Source: an uncultured Chlamydiae bacterium
GTDB lineage: Bacteria > Chlamydiota > Chlamydiia > Chlamydiales > JAJFMB01
Assembly: GCA_963696295.1 (NCBI GenBank)
Contig: CAVOJR010000001.1
Location: forward strand, 2,624,001-2,688,000
DNA length: 64,000 bases
Reading direction: 5' to 3'
The notes under the pieces: model-generated
Told to the model about the DNA's origin: nothing
Seen by the model: the letters and a program-made list of their open reading frames with translations, nothing else
The model's database searches: none
Part shown: positions 29,486 to 39,673 of the stretch, in pieces
Layout of the letters: each line of letters opens with the position of its first letter
How positions within the stretch are numbered: the stretch's first letter is position 1
Made by a program: the position numbers and the translations under genes

Positions 29486-32400
29486 GGTTGGATGAGTTCA
29501 CGGACCTATCCGATGAATTCACCGATTTTGAACCAACTCCACAGGCAAAACCACAATTTTCCATGGAAAAAGGTGGTAAAGCATCACGTTTTGCCAATGA
29601 ATTTACGGACTTTTCCGACGAATTCAGCGATATTGAGTCAAATGAGCCAAATGAGTCAATCGCTAAGCGGGCAGCGCACACCCCCTACGACGTGCCGGAG
29701 CTTACTCCTGAGCAGACAAAGAAGATGTCGCCGGCAGAGCGGCTACAATATGTGAAAGACTTGGCTACCGAGCGGGAATACAGACAGAGCAAAGGGGTGA
29801 CTAAGGGTCTTTTATCCGGCGCAACCCTTGGCCTATCTGAGAAGATTCCAGGACTTGCCCCGGAAGAAGGTGACTTTCTTATGGGCTTCGGTGAATTTAT
29901 GGGGAGTGCCCTTCCAATTAGCAAGCTTTACAGCGTCCTTGGCGGCCCCTTGGTCAAACTGGCTGCAAAGAGCCCTAAGTATGCCAATGCCCTCCAATCT
30001 CTCGCCCGCATGACCGGCTTTGGTTTAACCGGCGCGACGTATGAAGGTGCCAAGGAGACCATTAAGACCGGCGAAGTGCCGTCCCCCGATGAGCTGGTCA
30101 AGTATGGCGCGCAGTGGGCTGCCTTTGATGGAGCGCTTCAGCTATTGGGTAAAGCAGCCGCCCCCTTTCTCAACAAAATGAAGAGTGTGGCTGAAACCAA
30201 TAAGATCCCCGAGCGAGAAGTGCTGAATACCGTGATGGACAGCTTGGCCGATCGCAAGATCAGCATTGAAGAGGATCCAGCAGCAGCGATAAAAGCGGCC
30301 GAGGACATCCTTGCCGACTACCCCCGCAAGATGCAATCGGCAAGGGAGGAGCGCATCTCCGCCTTGAAGGCCAAAGAGGCCGAAGCCGAAGCCAAGATCA
30401 CCGAGCCTTTCAAGCAAAAGATTGAGAATGTGGAAGGGCAGCAAAAGCATGTGATTGAAGGGCGCAAAGAAGAGGTGAAAAGGGCCGAGGAATCCTTTGA
30501 TAAAAAAAGAGAACAGCTACAAGAAAGATCCACAGACCTTGACAGGGAAATAGACACTAAGCTGGAGACCTTTGCCGAAAAGGAAGAGGCAATCACCTCC
30601 CAGTTTGAATCGCAAAAAGAGCAGCAGATCGACAAACTTCGCAAGCAGTCCGAAAAGGAGCTTTCCGCTAAGACCCGCGACATTGAGAAGACGATCACCA
30701 CCTTGGAAAAAGAAATTGATAAGCGCAAAGCGAAGTCTGTGAAAGAAGTGGCGGCCGTCGAATCCCAAATTGTGAAAGCCAAGGAAAAGGGGCAGCCCAC
30801 AAAGCGCCTTGAGAACGCAAAAGACTCCCTGCAAAACAAAGCTGACAGGCACATTGAATCTCTGCAAAGTGCAATAGACAAACAGCAGCAGCGCATCGAT
30901 GTCTTCAGGGATAAAGCAGCCGCGGCCCTGGAAACAAAGATTGATAAAATAGCCGCCAAGGACCTCCCTTCCTCTGCCCTGGCTCCCATCGAAAAGGGGA
31001 TGAACACCCTTGAGAAGGAGATCGCCAAGAAAAAGAAGATCATTGCCGACTCAGAAACACAGCTGGCTAAAGAGAAAAACCTCAAAATCGCCGAACTTAA
31101 AAAAGACGCAGAGGCCAAGCTGAAGCAGCTGGAAGGTAAGAAGGGGGAGATCGAAGCCAAACAGGCTGAACGCTTGAAATTACAGCGCGCTAAAGTATAC
31201 CGCGAGCGCCACCCCGAGATCAAAGTGACTGCCGGCAAAAAACTCCCGGCTGTACGTGCCCAGGCCGTCACCGAGCCCATTATCGAAACTACCGGCAAAG
31301 GTGCAGCTGAGCGCATCGAGCATCCGAAAAAGGGAATCGATAAGATCATCGAGAAGATGAATAATTTCGTTCAGGCAGCCAAAACCCCTAAGCAGAGCTT
31401 AAAGCGCCTTGGAGAGGGAATAAACGAGGCTGTGTTCAATGCTTTGGCCCCGCTTGAGAAAGCCGAAGCGGGAGTGCCCGTTCCTGAACGCGTTTCGACC
31501 AAAATTAAGCTTGCCCAATCCGTTGCATCTGAGATTGACTCCGTGCTTGAGAATGGCATCTTCAGCAACCTCACCGGCAAGTTTGAGCATGGCGGCTTAA
31601 AGGAAGCCTATGGCGATCTGACTTGGAAAAAGCTGTCAAAGGGCCTCAAGGAAGGGGAATTCAGTCTTGAGGATCTCGATGCCTACCGCACCTCTAAAAT
31701 TGCCCTGAAGCGCCAATCTGAGGGCAAGAAAACGGGGATAGACACTAAGAAATCTGTCCAAGATATCGCCCGGCTAAAGAGCAAATACGAGCCCATTGAC
31801 AAACGGATCCGCGATTTCCAGAAAGCGACACTGGTCACCTACGGCAAGGATCTACTCGGCAAGGACCTGATTGCCGATTGGAACAAAGACTACTACAGCC
31901 CCCTTTATCGCATCATGGAAGAAGGCAAGGATGCCATACTTTCCGCCGGATCTCTCAAGCCAAAGCAACCATTCAAAAAGATGGTTGGCAGTGAGCGCAA
32001 GATAATCCCTCCCTCTGAAAGTGACCCCTACAATGCCGCTCTCTTGATCCGCAATGCCCGCAAGAATGATGCAGTGCTGCAATACCGCGATCTTGTGCTT
32101 AAGGGTGAGCTGCCCGGCAGGATAAAGGCTGCCAAAGTGGATCCGGTTCCAGCCTATGTCCTCGACGAGCTTGGAATCGATTCCGACATGAAGAATCTGG
32201 CAGAAGCCCTCTACAACCAGACGCGCACCGACGCTTTTACCCCTGAAGTGAACACCCTTCGCGGCTGGAAAGACGGCAAGCCCTTCCTCATCGAAGTGCC
32301 GGAAGATATATACAAAGTTTTTTCAACGCTGGCCCCGCAGGACCGATCCGGACTTGCGCAGATATTCAGCACCACCAACAGGCTCTTTTCCCGCGGCATA

Positions 32401-33903
32401 TCGATGGCACCGCGCAAGTTTGTCTCCATCATGAGCCGGGACGCCCTCTCTTCACTGGTCTACTCAAAGACAGGCAGCAACCCTCTCAGTGTTGTGGAGG
32501 CCCTCTCTGACATTCACAAAGCAAGCCCCGTCTATAAGGAGTTTCTTGCTATGGGCGGCGACGTGTATGCCTCCCGCCTGGCTGAGCGCATCGACCGGGC
32601 CAAGAAGATCGAGGACCTGATCACCCCCGGCAAAGAGGGCATACTGGTGCCTTTCGAGAAGATGGGCGACTACCTTCGCAAATATAGCGAGAGTCTCGGC
32701 GATATATCCCTGGCAGTTCCGCTTGGCGAGTACAAAAGGGCGCTTGCCAAGTATGGCAGTACACCGGAAGGGCGCATCATGGCAGCGATGGAGGCCCGTC
32801 GCGTCACCTATGACCCTACCCGAAAAGGGGGCAGCAAGATAGTCCGGGACATTGGAAATTTCGTGCCGTTTTGGAATGTCAGCCTTCAAGACATGTCCAT
32901 GCTCGGGCGCAACCTGGACACGCCATCAGCCTGGGCGAAGGGGATCGTCGCTATTTCCACCCCTACTCTTCTCCTGAAAATGGCCAACGAAAACAACCCA
33001 GACTATCAGGATCTGAATGCCGTGGACAAAGCCGCTTTCTGGCACCTCTACTTCGGCGACAAGCATTTGCGCGTCCCGATCCCCTGGCTGCTTGGAACGA
33101 CCTTTAAAGTGGCAGCTGAGGGTTTCTATGAGACTGTACAGGATATGAGGAACAAGGGCGATAAGAGGGCAGCAGAGGCATGGAAAGGGCTGTACAGCAA
33201 CTTTACTGAGAACCTGTCTGGCTCACTCCCCCCTATCGCTAAAGCATACATAGAAACAGCAACAGGCAAATCCCCGATGTCGCCATTATCAGCGATTTTG
33301 GGCACGGAAAGCCGCGCTCCCGACGTCATTCCCCGCCGCCTGGAAAACCTTCCTGCAAAGTACCAGGTCACCGCTAAGACAAGCCAGCTGGCAAGGCAGT
33401 TTGGCGATCTGTGGGGTGTTTCCCCTGTCAAACTGGAGCGGATGATCAAGAACTTCGGCGGCAATGTGGCAACGGATCTGCTTGCCCTGACCGATGAGAT
33501 CGCCTACTTCAGCGGCATGGCCGAGGATGAAAGACCGGAGCAAAGAGAGGCCAATTATCTCCTGCTCGGCAACTTTGTGTCGAACAGCCCCACCTCAAGA
33601 ACGAAGTACGCTAATGAGTTCTACAGCTTATTGAATGAAGCCCGAGAGAGCAAGGCAGCGGAAAGGTTGATCAAAAGCAAAGGCATCATAGATCCTGAAT
33701 TGAATGAAATCCAATACCGTGGCACTCCTCTTTTCAAATACAACAGCGAAATTTCGAAGCTATTTAAGGCGATGCGCGCAGCAGAGGAAAACAAAGCCCT
33801 GTCAGGTGCAGAGAAAAAAGAGAAACTGGATGGCTATCAGGTTAAGATCAATGCCCTCTACAAAAAGGCCGTTGAGCAAGCTCGCAAAGCTGCAAAGGAT
33901 TAA
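29464..33903 (+). CDS. Large ejection-protein-like polypeptide with long coiled coil and LPD38-like C-terminal domain
   Basis: 1479 aa; N-terminal DEFTD repeats, Gly/Ala membrane-like segment, K/E coiled coil, FVPFWN..LQ / NPDYQDL..VDK..FWH / RVPIPWLLG / SPVKLER pattern recalled for LPD38. Confidence 0.7.
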   Translation: MATSTRIGLDEFTDLSDEFTDFEPTPQAKPQFSMEKGGKASRFANEFTDFSDEFSDIESNEPNESIAKRAAHTPYDVPELTPEQTKKMSPAERLQYVKDLATEREYRQSKGVTKGLLSGATLGLSEKIPGLAPEEGDFLMGFGEFMGSALPISKLYSVLGGPLVKLAAKSPKYANALQSLARMTGFGLTGATYEGAKETIKTGEVPSPDELVKYGAQWAAFDGALQLLGKAAAPFLNKMKSVAETNKIPEREVLNTVMDSLADRKISIEEDPAAAIKAAEDILADYPRKMQSAREERISALKAKEAEAEAKITEPFKQKIENVEGQQKHVIEGRKEEVKRAEESFDKKREQLQERSTDLDREIDTKLETFAEKEEAITSQFESQKEQQIDKLRKQSEKELSAKTRDIEKTITTLEKEIDKRKAKSVKEVAAVESQIVKAKEKGQPTKRLENAKDSLQNKADRHIESLQSAIDKQQQRIDVFRDKAAAALETKIDKIAAKDLPSSALAPIEKGMNTLEKEIAKKKKIIADSETQLAKEKNLKIAELKKDAEAKLKQLEGKKGEIEAKQAERLKLQRAKVYRERHPEIKVTAGKKLPAVRAQAVTEPIIETTGKGAAERIEHPKKGIDKIIEKMNNFVQAAKTPKQSLKRLGEGINEAVFNALAPLEKAEAGVPVPERVSTKIKLAQSVASEIDSVLENGIFSNLTGKFEHGGLKEAYGDLTWKKLSKGLKEGEFSLEDLDAYRTSKIALKRQSEGKKTGIDTKKSVQDIARLKSKYEPIDKRIRDFQKATLVTYGKDLLGKDLIADWNKDYYSPLYRIMEEGKDAILSAGSLKPKQPFKKMVGSERKIIPPSESDPYNAALLIRNARKNDAVLQYRDLVLKGELPGRIKAAKVDPVPAYVLDELGIDSDMKNLAEALYNQTRTDAFTPEVNTLRGWKDGKPFLIEVPEDIYKVFSTLAPQDRSGLAQIFSTTNRLFSRGISMAPRKFVSIMSRDALSSLVYSKTGSNPLSVVEALSDIHKASPVYKEFLAMGGDVYASRLAERIDRAKKIEDLITPGKEGILVPFEKMGDYLRKYSESLGDISLAVPLGEYKRALAKYGSTPEGRIMAAMEARRVTYDPTRKGGSKIVRDIGNFVPFWNVSLQDMSMLGRNLDTPSAWAKGIVAISTPTLLLKMANENNPDYQDLNAVDKAAFWHLYFGDKHLRVPIPWLLGTTFKVAAEGFYETVQDMRNKGDKRAAEAWKGLYSNFTENLSGSLPPIAKAYIETATGKSPMSPLSAILGTESRAPDVIPRRLENLPAKYQVTAKTSQLARQFGDLWGVSPVKLERMIKNFGGNVATDLLALTDEIAYFSGMAEDERPEQREANYLLLGNFVSNSPTSRTKYANEFYSLLNEARESKAAERLIKSKGIIDPELNEIQYRGTPLFKYNSEISKLFKAMRAAEENKALSGAEKKEKLDGYQVKINALYKKAVEQARKAAKD

Positions 33904-34220
33904 AACTCCCAGCCACAGGATCGTTTTACAAATCCAAAAGAGATCATTGAGGCAGCAGCATAACTCCATCTTCCCAACAATGAATCAAGCATTTCGCCTA
34001 CAGACATATTTTGGCCGATAAAATGGCCGATATCTGGCTGCCCTGGCCAATAATACCGCACGATCTCGAGGAAGTCACAGAGCTTTTCCCCAAAAATTCC
34101 CCACTCAAGTGGGACAGTTTGCGACAAATGAAAAAAAACGACAAATGATAAATTTATCTAAACAATTAATCGTATTGTTGTTATGATTCGCGTAATGTTG
34201 TGCTAAATTGGGTTTTGGAA

Positions 34221-34274
34221 GACTGTAAATCCCTCGACTTCGGTCTTCGCTGGTTCGAGTCCAGCCGCCCCCAA
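34221..34274 (+). repeat. attR core (duplicated 3' part of tRNA-Tyr)
   Basis: Exact 54-bp copy of 16419-16472; 5' half of the tRNA absent. Confidence 0.96.
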
Positions 34275-34460
34275 CTCTCTTAGAATCAATAACTTACAAG
34301 AAGTTGTTAACCAGAAGAAAATTGTGGTAAGCGCTTTTTGTCCAACCACTCTCCAACTTTTTCAAGTTGTCAAGACAGGCCTTAAATGGGAAAAGTCAGG
34401 GTTATTAATGATGAAGTCGATCTATATGCAGTTTTTCTTTAAGTTATCAAGGGCATAAAA

Positions 34461-34916
34461 ATGGATGTAGCTTCGGGCTTGGCAGCAATTCAAGGAGCAA
34501 TGACTTGCCTTAAGGCCATTTCTGCTGCATTAAAGACGGTCAAAGAAATTGATCAAAAACTTGCTCTTCTCGGCGTGCGTGAGCAGCTCGTAGAGCTCCA
34601 AGAGCGCTTATTAGATGCAAAAGACTATACCAGTGACTTAATAAGCCAAAATCAAGAATTGCGTCAACAACTTACCATTAAAGAAGAGATCCAACACCAG
34701 GAAGACGGTAACATTTTGTGGCGCGTTGTAGATGGACAAAATAAGGGGCCATATTGTTCTACTTGCTACGGTGCTGAAAGTAAGCTAATTTCCTTAAGTG
34801 GAAATAAGCCGGGTGCATGGCATTGCCCAAAGTGTCAAAATCATTTTCACACTCGACAGTGGAGCGAAGAACAAACGCGAATGTATGAGCAGCTCACTCG
34901 ACGGCATTATCGTTAG
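34461..34916 (+). CDS. Hypothetical coiled-coil protein with C-terminal zinc ribbon
   Basis: YCSTC...HCPKC. Confidence 0.75.
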   Translation: MDVASGLAAIQGAMTCLKAISAALKTVKEIDQKLALLGVREQLVELQERLLDAKDYTSDLISQNQELRQQLTIKEEIQHQEDGNILWRVVDGQNKGPYCSTCYGAESKLISLSGNKPGAWHCPKCQNHFHTRQWSEEQTRMYEQLTRRHYR

Positions 34917-34970
34917 TCTATGGTAAAAGTTGTTTACTTAAGAGATTGCTGTCTCAGATACGTATCTTCA

Positions 34971-36122
34971 TTAGCGCTTTAGTCGGTTAATAGGTATTGC
35001 ATTCTGAATTTTTTTGAATTCTTCAAGAATTCTTTTTTCTTCTTCAGCTGAAGGTCGTGCTCCTGCTTTGGGCGGTTTTGGTCTCATCCTTTTTTTCCAT
35101 ATTTTAGAAGTATGACATCCTTGTAAGACCGGTGGGTATTGGCCGTACTTTAAGTGAAATTCTTCTAATTGTTCATTTGAAAGAGTGTTAAAAAAATTTT
35201 CGAGGAGGTAGGAGTCATTTTTCAATTGAGACAAAGATATGAAACTTTGATTTTTTCTTAAGAAGAATGGAGCGATTTTTCTTAGCTCTTTATCGCCTGA
35301 GGTAAAAACCATAGAAAAGGGAAGGTAATAAACATATTGGATATCAAGATGAGTTTTTGATTTTTTTCCTTTTTTTATTAATTCAAAACTTATCCCAAGA
35401 ATATAGAAGAGATTGACCTTGTAGAAATAAATAGAGTATGGGGCAAATATATCAAGTGGCGGACATCCTTTAGCTTTCCAACGAAGCAGCGTAGGTTGTA
35501 TATGTTCTGGCCTTAGGATGAAATTTGCTGCATTTAACAAAAGTTGTTGTGGGCCAATTTTAGCGAAGAGATCGTCAATCCAATAAATTAACTCGTCTAG
35601 CGATTTAAATTTTGGAAAATCGATGAGATCTCCTGCAACGTCTTTGCAAAGCCAATCTAAATCAACCTCGCTATCGATTTTTCGATGCTCTCTACCTGTT
35701 TCAATATCATCTTCTTTAAAGATATTATCACCCCAGTTTCTTAGCAAAGTGACTTCCGGAGGTTCGTCTAAAACCCACCCCTTACTCCCATCTTCAGTTA
35801 CACAATATGTGCCACCTTCAAAAGGTAAACTCCCATCCATCGGAACGAACTCTCCCATCAAATTGTTGTAAGCCAGTTTTTCTGCAGAAGGAATTAGATG
35901 TACTGGACCAAAGGTTGATTTAGCAGCAAGAAGGCTAACTTTTTTCTTAAGATCCTCAAGATCTTCCTCCTTTTTTCCAAGCATAGAAGATAACTCCCTA
36001 AGCAAAATAGGCGTTATCACATGTGAGTAATATCGACGTAAAGAGTTGTATTCTTTAAAACTAAGACCTTGAATAGTCGATTTGTCCATCTGTGTGAATG
36101 GCCCCATGAAATTTAACTCCAA
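34971..36122 (-). CDS. Hypothetical protein, possibly PIN-like nuclease
   Basis: 383-aa AT-rich ORF; MDKS near N-terminus and DIQYVYYLPFSMVFTSGDK near C-terminus. Confidence 0.6.
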   Translation of the reverse strand: MELNFMGPFTQMDKSTIQGLSFKEYNSLRRYYSHVITPILLRELSSMLGKKEEDLEDLKKKVSLLAAKSTFGPVHLIPSAEKLAYNNLMGEFVPMDGSLPFEGGTYCVTEDGSKGWVLDEPPEVTLLRNWGDNIFKEDDIETGREHRKIDSEVDLDWLCKDVAGDLIDFPKFKSLDELIYWIDDLFAKIGPQQLLLNAANFILRPEHIQPTLLRWKAKGCPPLDIFAPYSIYFYKVNLFYILGISFELIKKGKKSKTHLDIQYVYYLPFSMVFTSGDKELRKIAPFFLRKNQSFISLSQLKNDSYLLENFFNTLSNEQLEEFHLKYGQYPPVLQGCHTSKIWKKRMRPKPPKAGARPSAEEEKRILEEFKKIQNAIPINRLKR

Positions 36123-36197
36123 TGATTTTTCTTGTTTTGCAACCGCTTATAATTTATAACATATGATATAATAAATATCTTGATGAAAGGCAAGCTG

Positions 36198-36497
36198 ATG
36201 TTCCAATTTACAGACATGTCAAATTCAGAAGAGCAAATTGCTCAACATGTGCTCGAAATTCGACTTGAAATGGGTCTTACACAAGAGCAGTTCGCAGCAA
36301 AACTTGGTGTTTCTTTTCCTACCGTAAATCGCTGGGAAAACAAAAAAACAAAACCTTCTCCTCTTGCTATTCAGAAGCTACAAAAGTTTCTATCAGCTCT
36401 GAAGAAAAAGAAGAATGCTTCCCAGGAGAGTATGGAAGAAATAGAGGCGAGTGATGCGCCACAACACACAAAAATTGTAAATAAGGCTACAGTATGA
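36198..36497 (+). CDS. XRE-family HTH regulator
   Basis: MGLTQEQFAAKLGVSFPTVNRWENKKTKP. Confidence 0.9.
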   Translation: MFQFTDMSNSEEQIAQHVLEIRLEMGLTQEQFAAKLGVSFPTVNRWENKKTKPSPLAIQKLQKFLSALKKKKNASQESMEEIEASDAPQHTKIVNKATV

Positions 36498-38136
36498 CCG
36501 CGCTACCTATTAATATTGATGAGCTACTGAGAGGACAGATTGTTGAATGGGAACGTCTTGAGTTCAAAAAAGGATGGAATCCCGAAGAAATCATTCACAC
36601 CATTTGCGCTTTTGCAAATGACATCAACAATTGGGGTGGGGGTTATCTAATTATAGGAATAGAGGAGGATAAAGGCCAGCCGATTTTTCCGCCAATAGGC
36701 ATATCAGCCAATAAAATAGACGAAATTCAAAAAGAGCTTGTCAACTTAAGTTATAGGCTGCGTCCAAATTATCATCCAATAGTTGCGCCTGTCGTTTTTC
36801 AAGAAAAAATGATTCTGTTGATCTGGTGTCCTGGCGGTCAAACGCGACCTTATCAAGCTCCTGATACTTTAGGTAAGAATGCACCTTATTCTTATTTCAT
36901 AAGGCGCAATTCTACAACTGTAAAGGCTCAGACAAAAGATGTTCAACGACTTCATGAAATGGCAAATCAAGTGCCTTTTGACGATCGAATTTGCCATCAA
37001 GCTAGCCTGAAAGATCTTCAGGTAGGTCTCATTAAAGACTTTTTGAGAGACGTGAAGAGCGACCTCATATCAGAAGTTGATAAGATTGCTCTTGAGCAGC
37101 TCTGTCGTCAAATGCAGATTGTGCAGGGACCAGAGGAATATCTTAAACCATTAAATATTGGTCTAATGATGTTCAATAATAATCCAGAGCAATTTTTTCC
37201 CTATGCTCGGATTGAAATCGTTGATTTCCATGACGAAGTAGGCGATAGCTTTTCTGAAAAGATTTTCAAAGGACCCATCCATATTCAGCTTAGAGAGGCA
37301 TTGAGATATCTTCAGTCGATGTTTATCAAGGAGGAGATTCGTAAAAGACCTGATCGTGCCGAAGCTGATCGATTTTATAACTATCCTTACGTTGCCTTAG
37401 AAGAGGCTTTAGCTAATGCTGTCTATCATAAAGACTATGCCCAAAGAGAACCGATTGAAATCAGCATTAGGCCAGATCGTATTGAAATTTTATCATTTCC
37501 AGGTCCATTACCTCCCTTGAAAATTGAAGATTTAAATAAAGGATCTGCCCACGTTCGGACTTATAGGAATCGGCGAATTGGAGACTTTCTTAAAGAGCTT
37601 CATCTGACTGAAGGGCGTTGCACTGGAGTGCCCAAAATTCATAAAGCTATGGAGGCAAATGGGTCGCCTCCGGCAATTTTTGAAACAGATGAAGAGTCTC
37701 ATTACTTTCTTACGGTTTTGCCTATTCATCCCGAAGCAGGAAGAAGAGCAACAGCTGCAAGTCAAAACACACCGGTAGAGGAGCAAACACACCCGTATAC
37801 CGGTGTGTTTGGTACCGAAACACACCCGTATACCGGTGTGTTTCCAATAGAAACCTTGCCACAAGAGCTTACAAATGTTAATTAATAAATTTAATAAACG
37901 CTCTAGTATAAAAGACTTACGTTTATTAATTCAAAAACTCTGTGCATGGCAACCACTAACAGCTCAGCAATTAGTAGAATCTTCTGAAAAGAAAAGATAA
38001 AAAACACTTCGTTAGAAGCCATCTTACGCCAATGATTAAAGAAGGGACGCTAAAATACTTATTTCCCGAAGATGAGGACTCTCCTAATCAAGCATATACC
38101 TGTGAAAAAGGAGATGGCGATGAAGGCTCAAAATAA
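36494..38136 (+). pseudogene. Schlafen/AlbA_2 plus ATPase (HATPase_c_4-like) protein; C-terminal winged helix detached by two frameshifts
   Basis: EWERLEFKKG, ICAFAN, EALANAVYHKDY, YRNRRIGDFLKEL, EGRCTG; ORF stops at 37885 but LCAWQPLTAQQL and HLTPMIKEG..KYLFPE..SPNQAY follow in other frames. Confidence 0.8.
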
Positions 38137-38556
38137 ACTAATTTTGCACATTCTTCAAAAGGATCTGACAGGTAGATGGCTTCCTGTTTGCGTCAAAGGA
38201 AGCTATTGCGGAAAGACGAGCTATTCGCGAAATGATTATTGGGTGTAAAGATCTATCGCGTCATTTTGAGAAATAAGCAGAGAAAAGGAATGGTCTCTAT
38301 AAACAAGTTATGAAATTGGCAAAGGCTCGTAATCATGATTATTTCTTAATATAAGTCGATTTCATCATGTCTTTCACGCTTTTTTGACTAATCTTCCTTG
38401 AAAGAGTAATCCTGATTGAAAAATAATCCTGCATTCGAAATGCATATTGTTCCAAAAAAATATAAAAAATTTGGTGAACTTAAATTAAGTTTTATATCTT
38501 GTTGTTAATTTTCTTTTGATCTATACTTCCATTTTTATTAAAATGGTGAATTTAAA

Positions 38557-39609
38557 ATGATAAAGTTGTTGTTTATTTTTTTGACAACTATTTCTTTTGT
38601 TTCTTCTGTAGAATTGCCAAAGTATAGAATGATCGACCTAGGATTATTTGGAATAGATGAGAGTTGTGCTATTTCAATCAACGAAAAGGGACAGATTTTA
38701 GGAAGATGTGAAGAAGGAGGTTGTTCTTTCGTATTTATATGGGATAAATTTAATGGTCTTAAATTAATTGATTTACCTGAAGGATGTGAATATTGGGGAT
38801 TCAAGTTTAATAACAAAGGACAAATAGCAGGAATAGTTCGTTCAGATTCTATTTTTAGGGTTTTTCTTTGGGATCCTAATTTAGGTTTATGGGAGGTTGA
38901 AACTTCAAAGAATAACATATATTTAGCTGCACTTAATGATCAAGGACAAATTTTATTCAATGTAGATGAGCAAATGATTTTTTTTGACCATGGGAAGAAA
39001 ACCAACTTAACAACTCTATTTAAAAAACAAGTACCTGGGCAGTGGAATTCATGTTTTCCTGTTGCTCTTAACAATTATGGTCATGTAGCTTTCAATACCA
39101 GTATATCCAATTCGAACCAACACCATCTAGGATGTAGATCATTTTTATGGAAGGATGACTCGTTCAAAACGGTTGTTTCAGAAAATGAATGGAAAACTTT
39201 AGTAAACATAAAGTGTGTAGATAATGATGTAAACGTCGTGTGTATGGATGACGAAGGGAACATGATTTTAACTCTTTATTCGTATCTAGGAGGTGGTTCA
39301 TTTGCACATTTGCAATACTTTATTAGTCCATCTAGAAATGTTAATTTTTCTTGTCAAGGGTGTTACTGTATAAGAAACGGTCTTCCTATTGCAATAGATT
39401 GTTTGCATGGAAAATTAAAAAAAGACAATCAAGATAAATTATACATTTCAAAAGGTCTTCAAATCAAAAAATTGTTGAAGGATGAGTATCCATATTACAA
39501 TGTCTCTTCTGCTGATGTATCAGATCAAAATTCTAAGGGATATGTGGTAGGACAGATTGACACGATGTTTCCAGGAAGACATGCTTTTTTAGCAATTCCT
39601 GAAGAATAA
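38557..39609 (+). CDS. Exported HAF-repeat-like (beta-propeller) protein
   Basis: Signal peptide; repeated IDLG / INEKGQI / NNKGQIAG / LNDQGQI / NSKGYVVG; ends RHAFL. Confidence 0.75.
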   Translation: MIKLLFIFLTTISFVSSVELPKYRMIDLGLFGIDESCAISINEKGQILGRCEEGGCSFVFIWDKFNGLKLIDLPEGCEYWGFKFNNKGQIAGIVRSDSIFRVFLWDPNLGLWEVETSKNNIYLAALNDQGQILFNVDEQMIFFDHGKKTNLTTLFKKQVPGQWNSCFPVALNNYGHVAFNTSISNSNQHHLGCRSFLWKDDSFKTVVSENEWKTLVNIKCVDNDVNVVCMDDEGNMILTLYSYLGGGSFAHLQYFISPSRNVNFSCQGCYCIRNGLPIAIDCLHGKLKKDNQDKLYISKGLQIKKLLKDEYPYYNVSSADVSDQNSKGYVVGQIDTMFPGRHAFLAIPEE

Positions 39610-39673
39610 AGGGGAATAGTGCTTTAGTCAGCAATGCTATTTATTATTGAAAAAATTTAATATATATAAAATA

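Larger units (their letters stand above)
16419..34274 (+). mobile_element. Integrated phage-related element (satellite-like or reduced prophage) at tRNA-Tyr
   Basis: 54-bp exact direct repeat at both ends; integrase beside tRNA; primase, helicase, TerS, TerL, ejection-like genes all on + strand. Confidence 0.95.

Noticed and set aside
30318..31349. 343-aa Ser/Leu/Phe-rich minus-strand ORF (also 28640-29335)
   Set aside because: Antisense shadow of K/E/Q-rich coding sequence on the + strand
33900..34127. 75-aa minus-strand ORF at the element's right end
   Set aside because: TTG start, no motif, overlaps the candidate arm sites; cannot be supported as a gene, though not excluded
16473..34220. 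Complete inducible prophage, or ICE/conjugative element
   Set aside because: No recognisable portal, capsid, tail or lysis genes, and no relaxase, coupling protein or T4SS genes
34221..34274. Second tRNA-Tyr gene
   Set aside because: Only the 3' 54 bp are present; no 5' acceptor strand or D-arm, so it is attR
37905..37921. TATAAAAGACTTACG as an att-associated motif like those beside attL and attR
   Set aside because: Falls in the readable frameshifted coding tail (SSIKDLRLLIQKLC) of the Schlafen/AlbA gene
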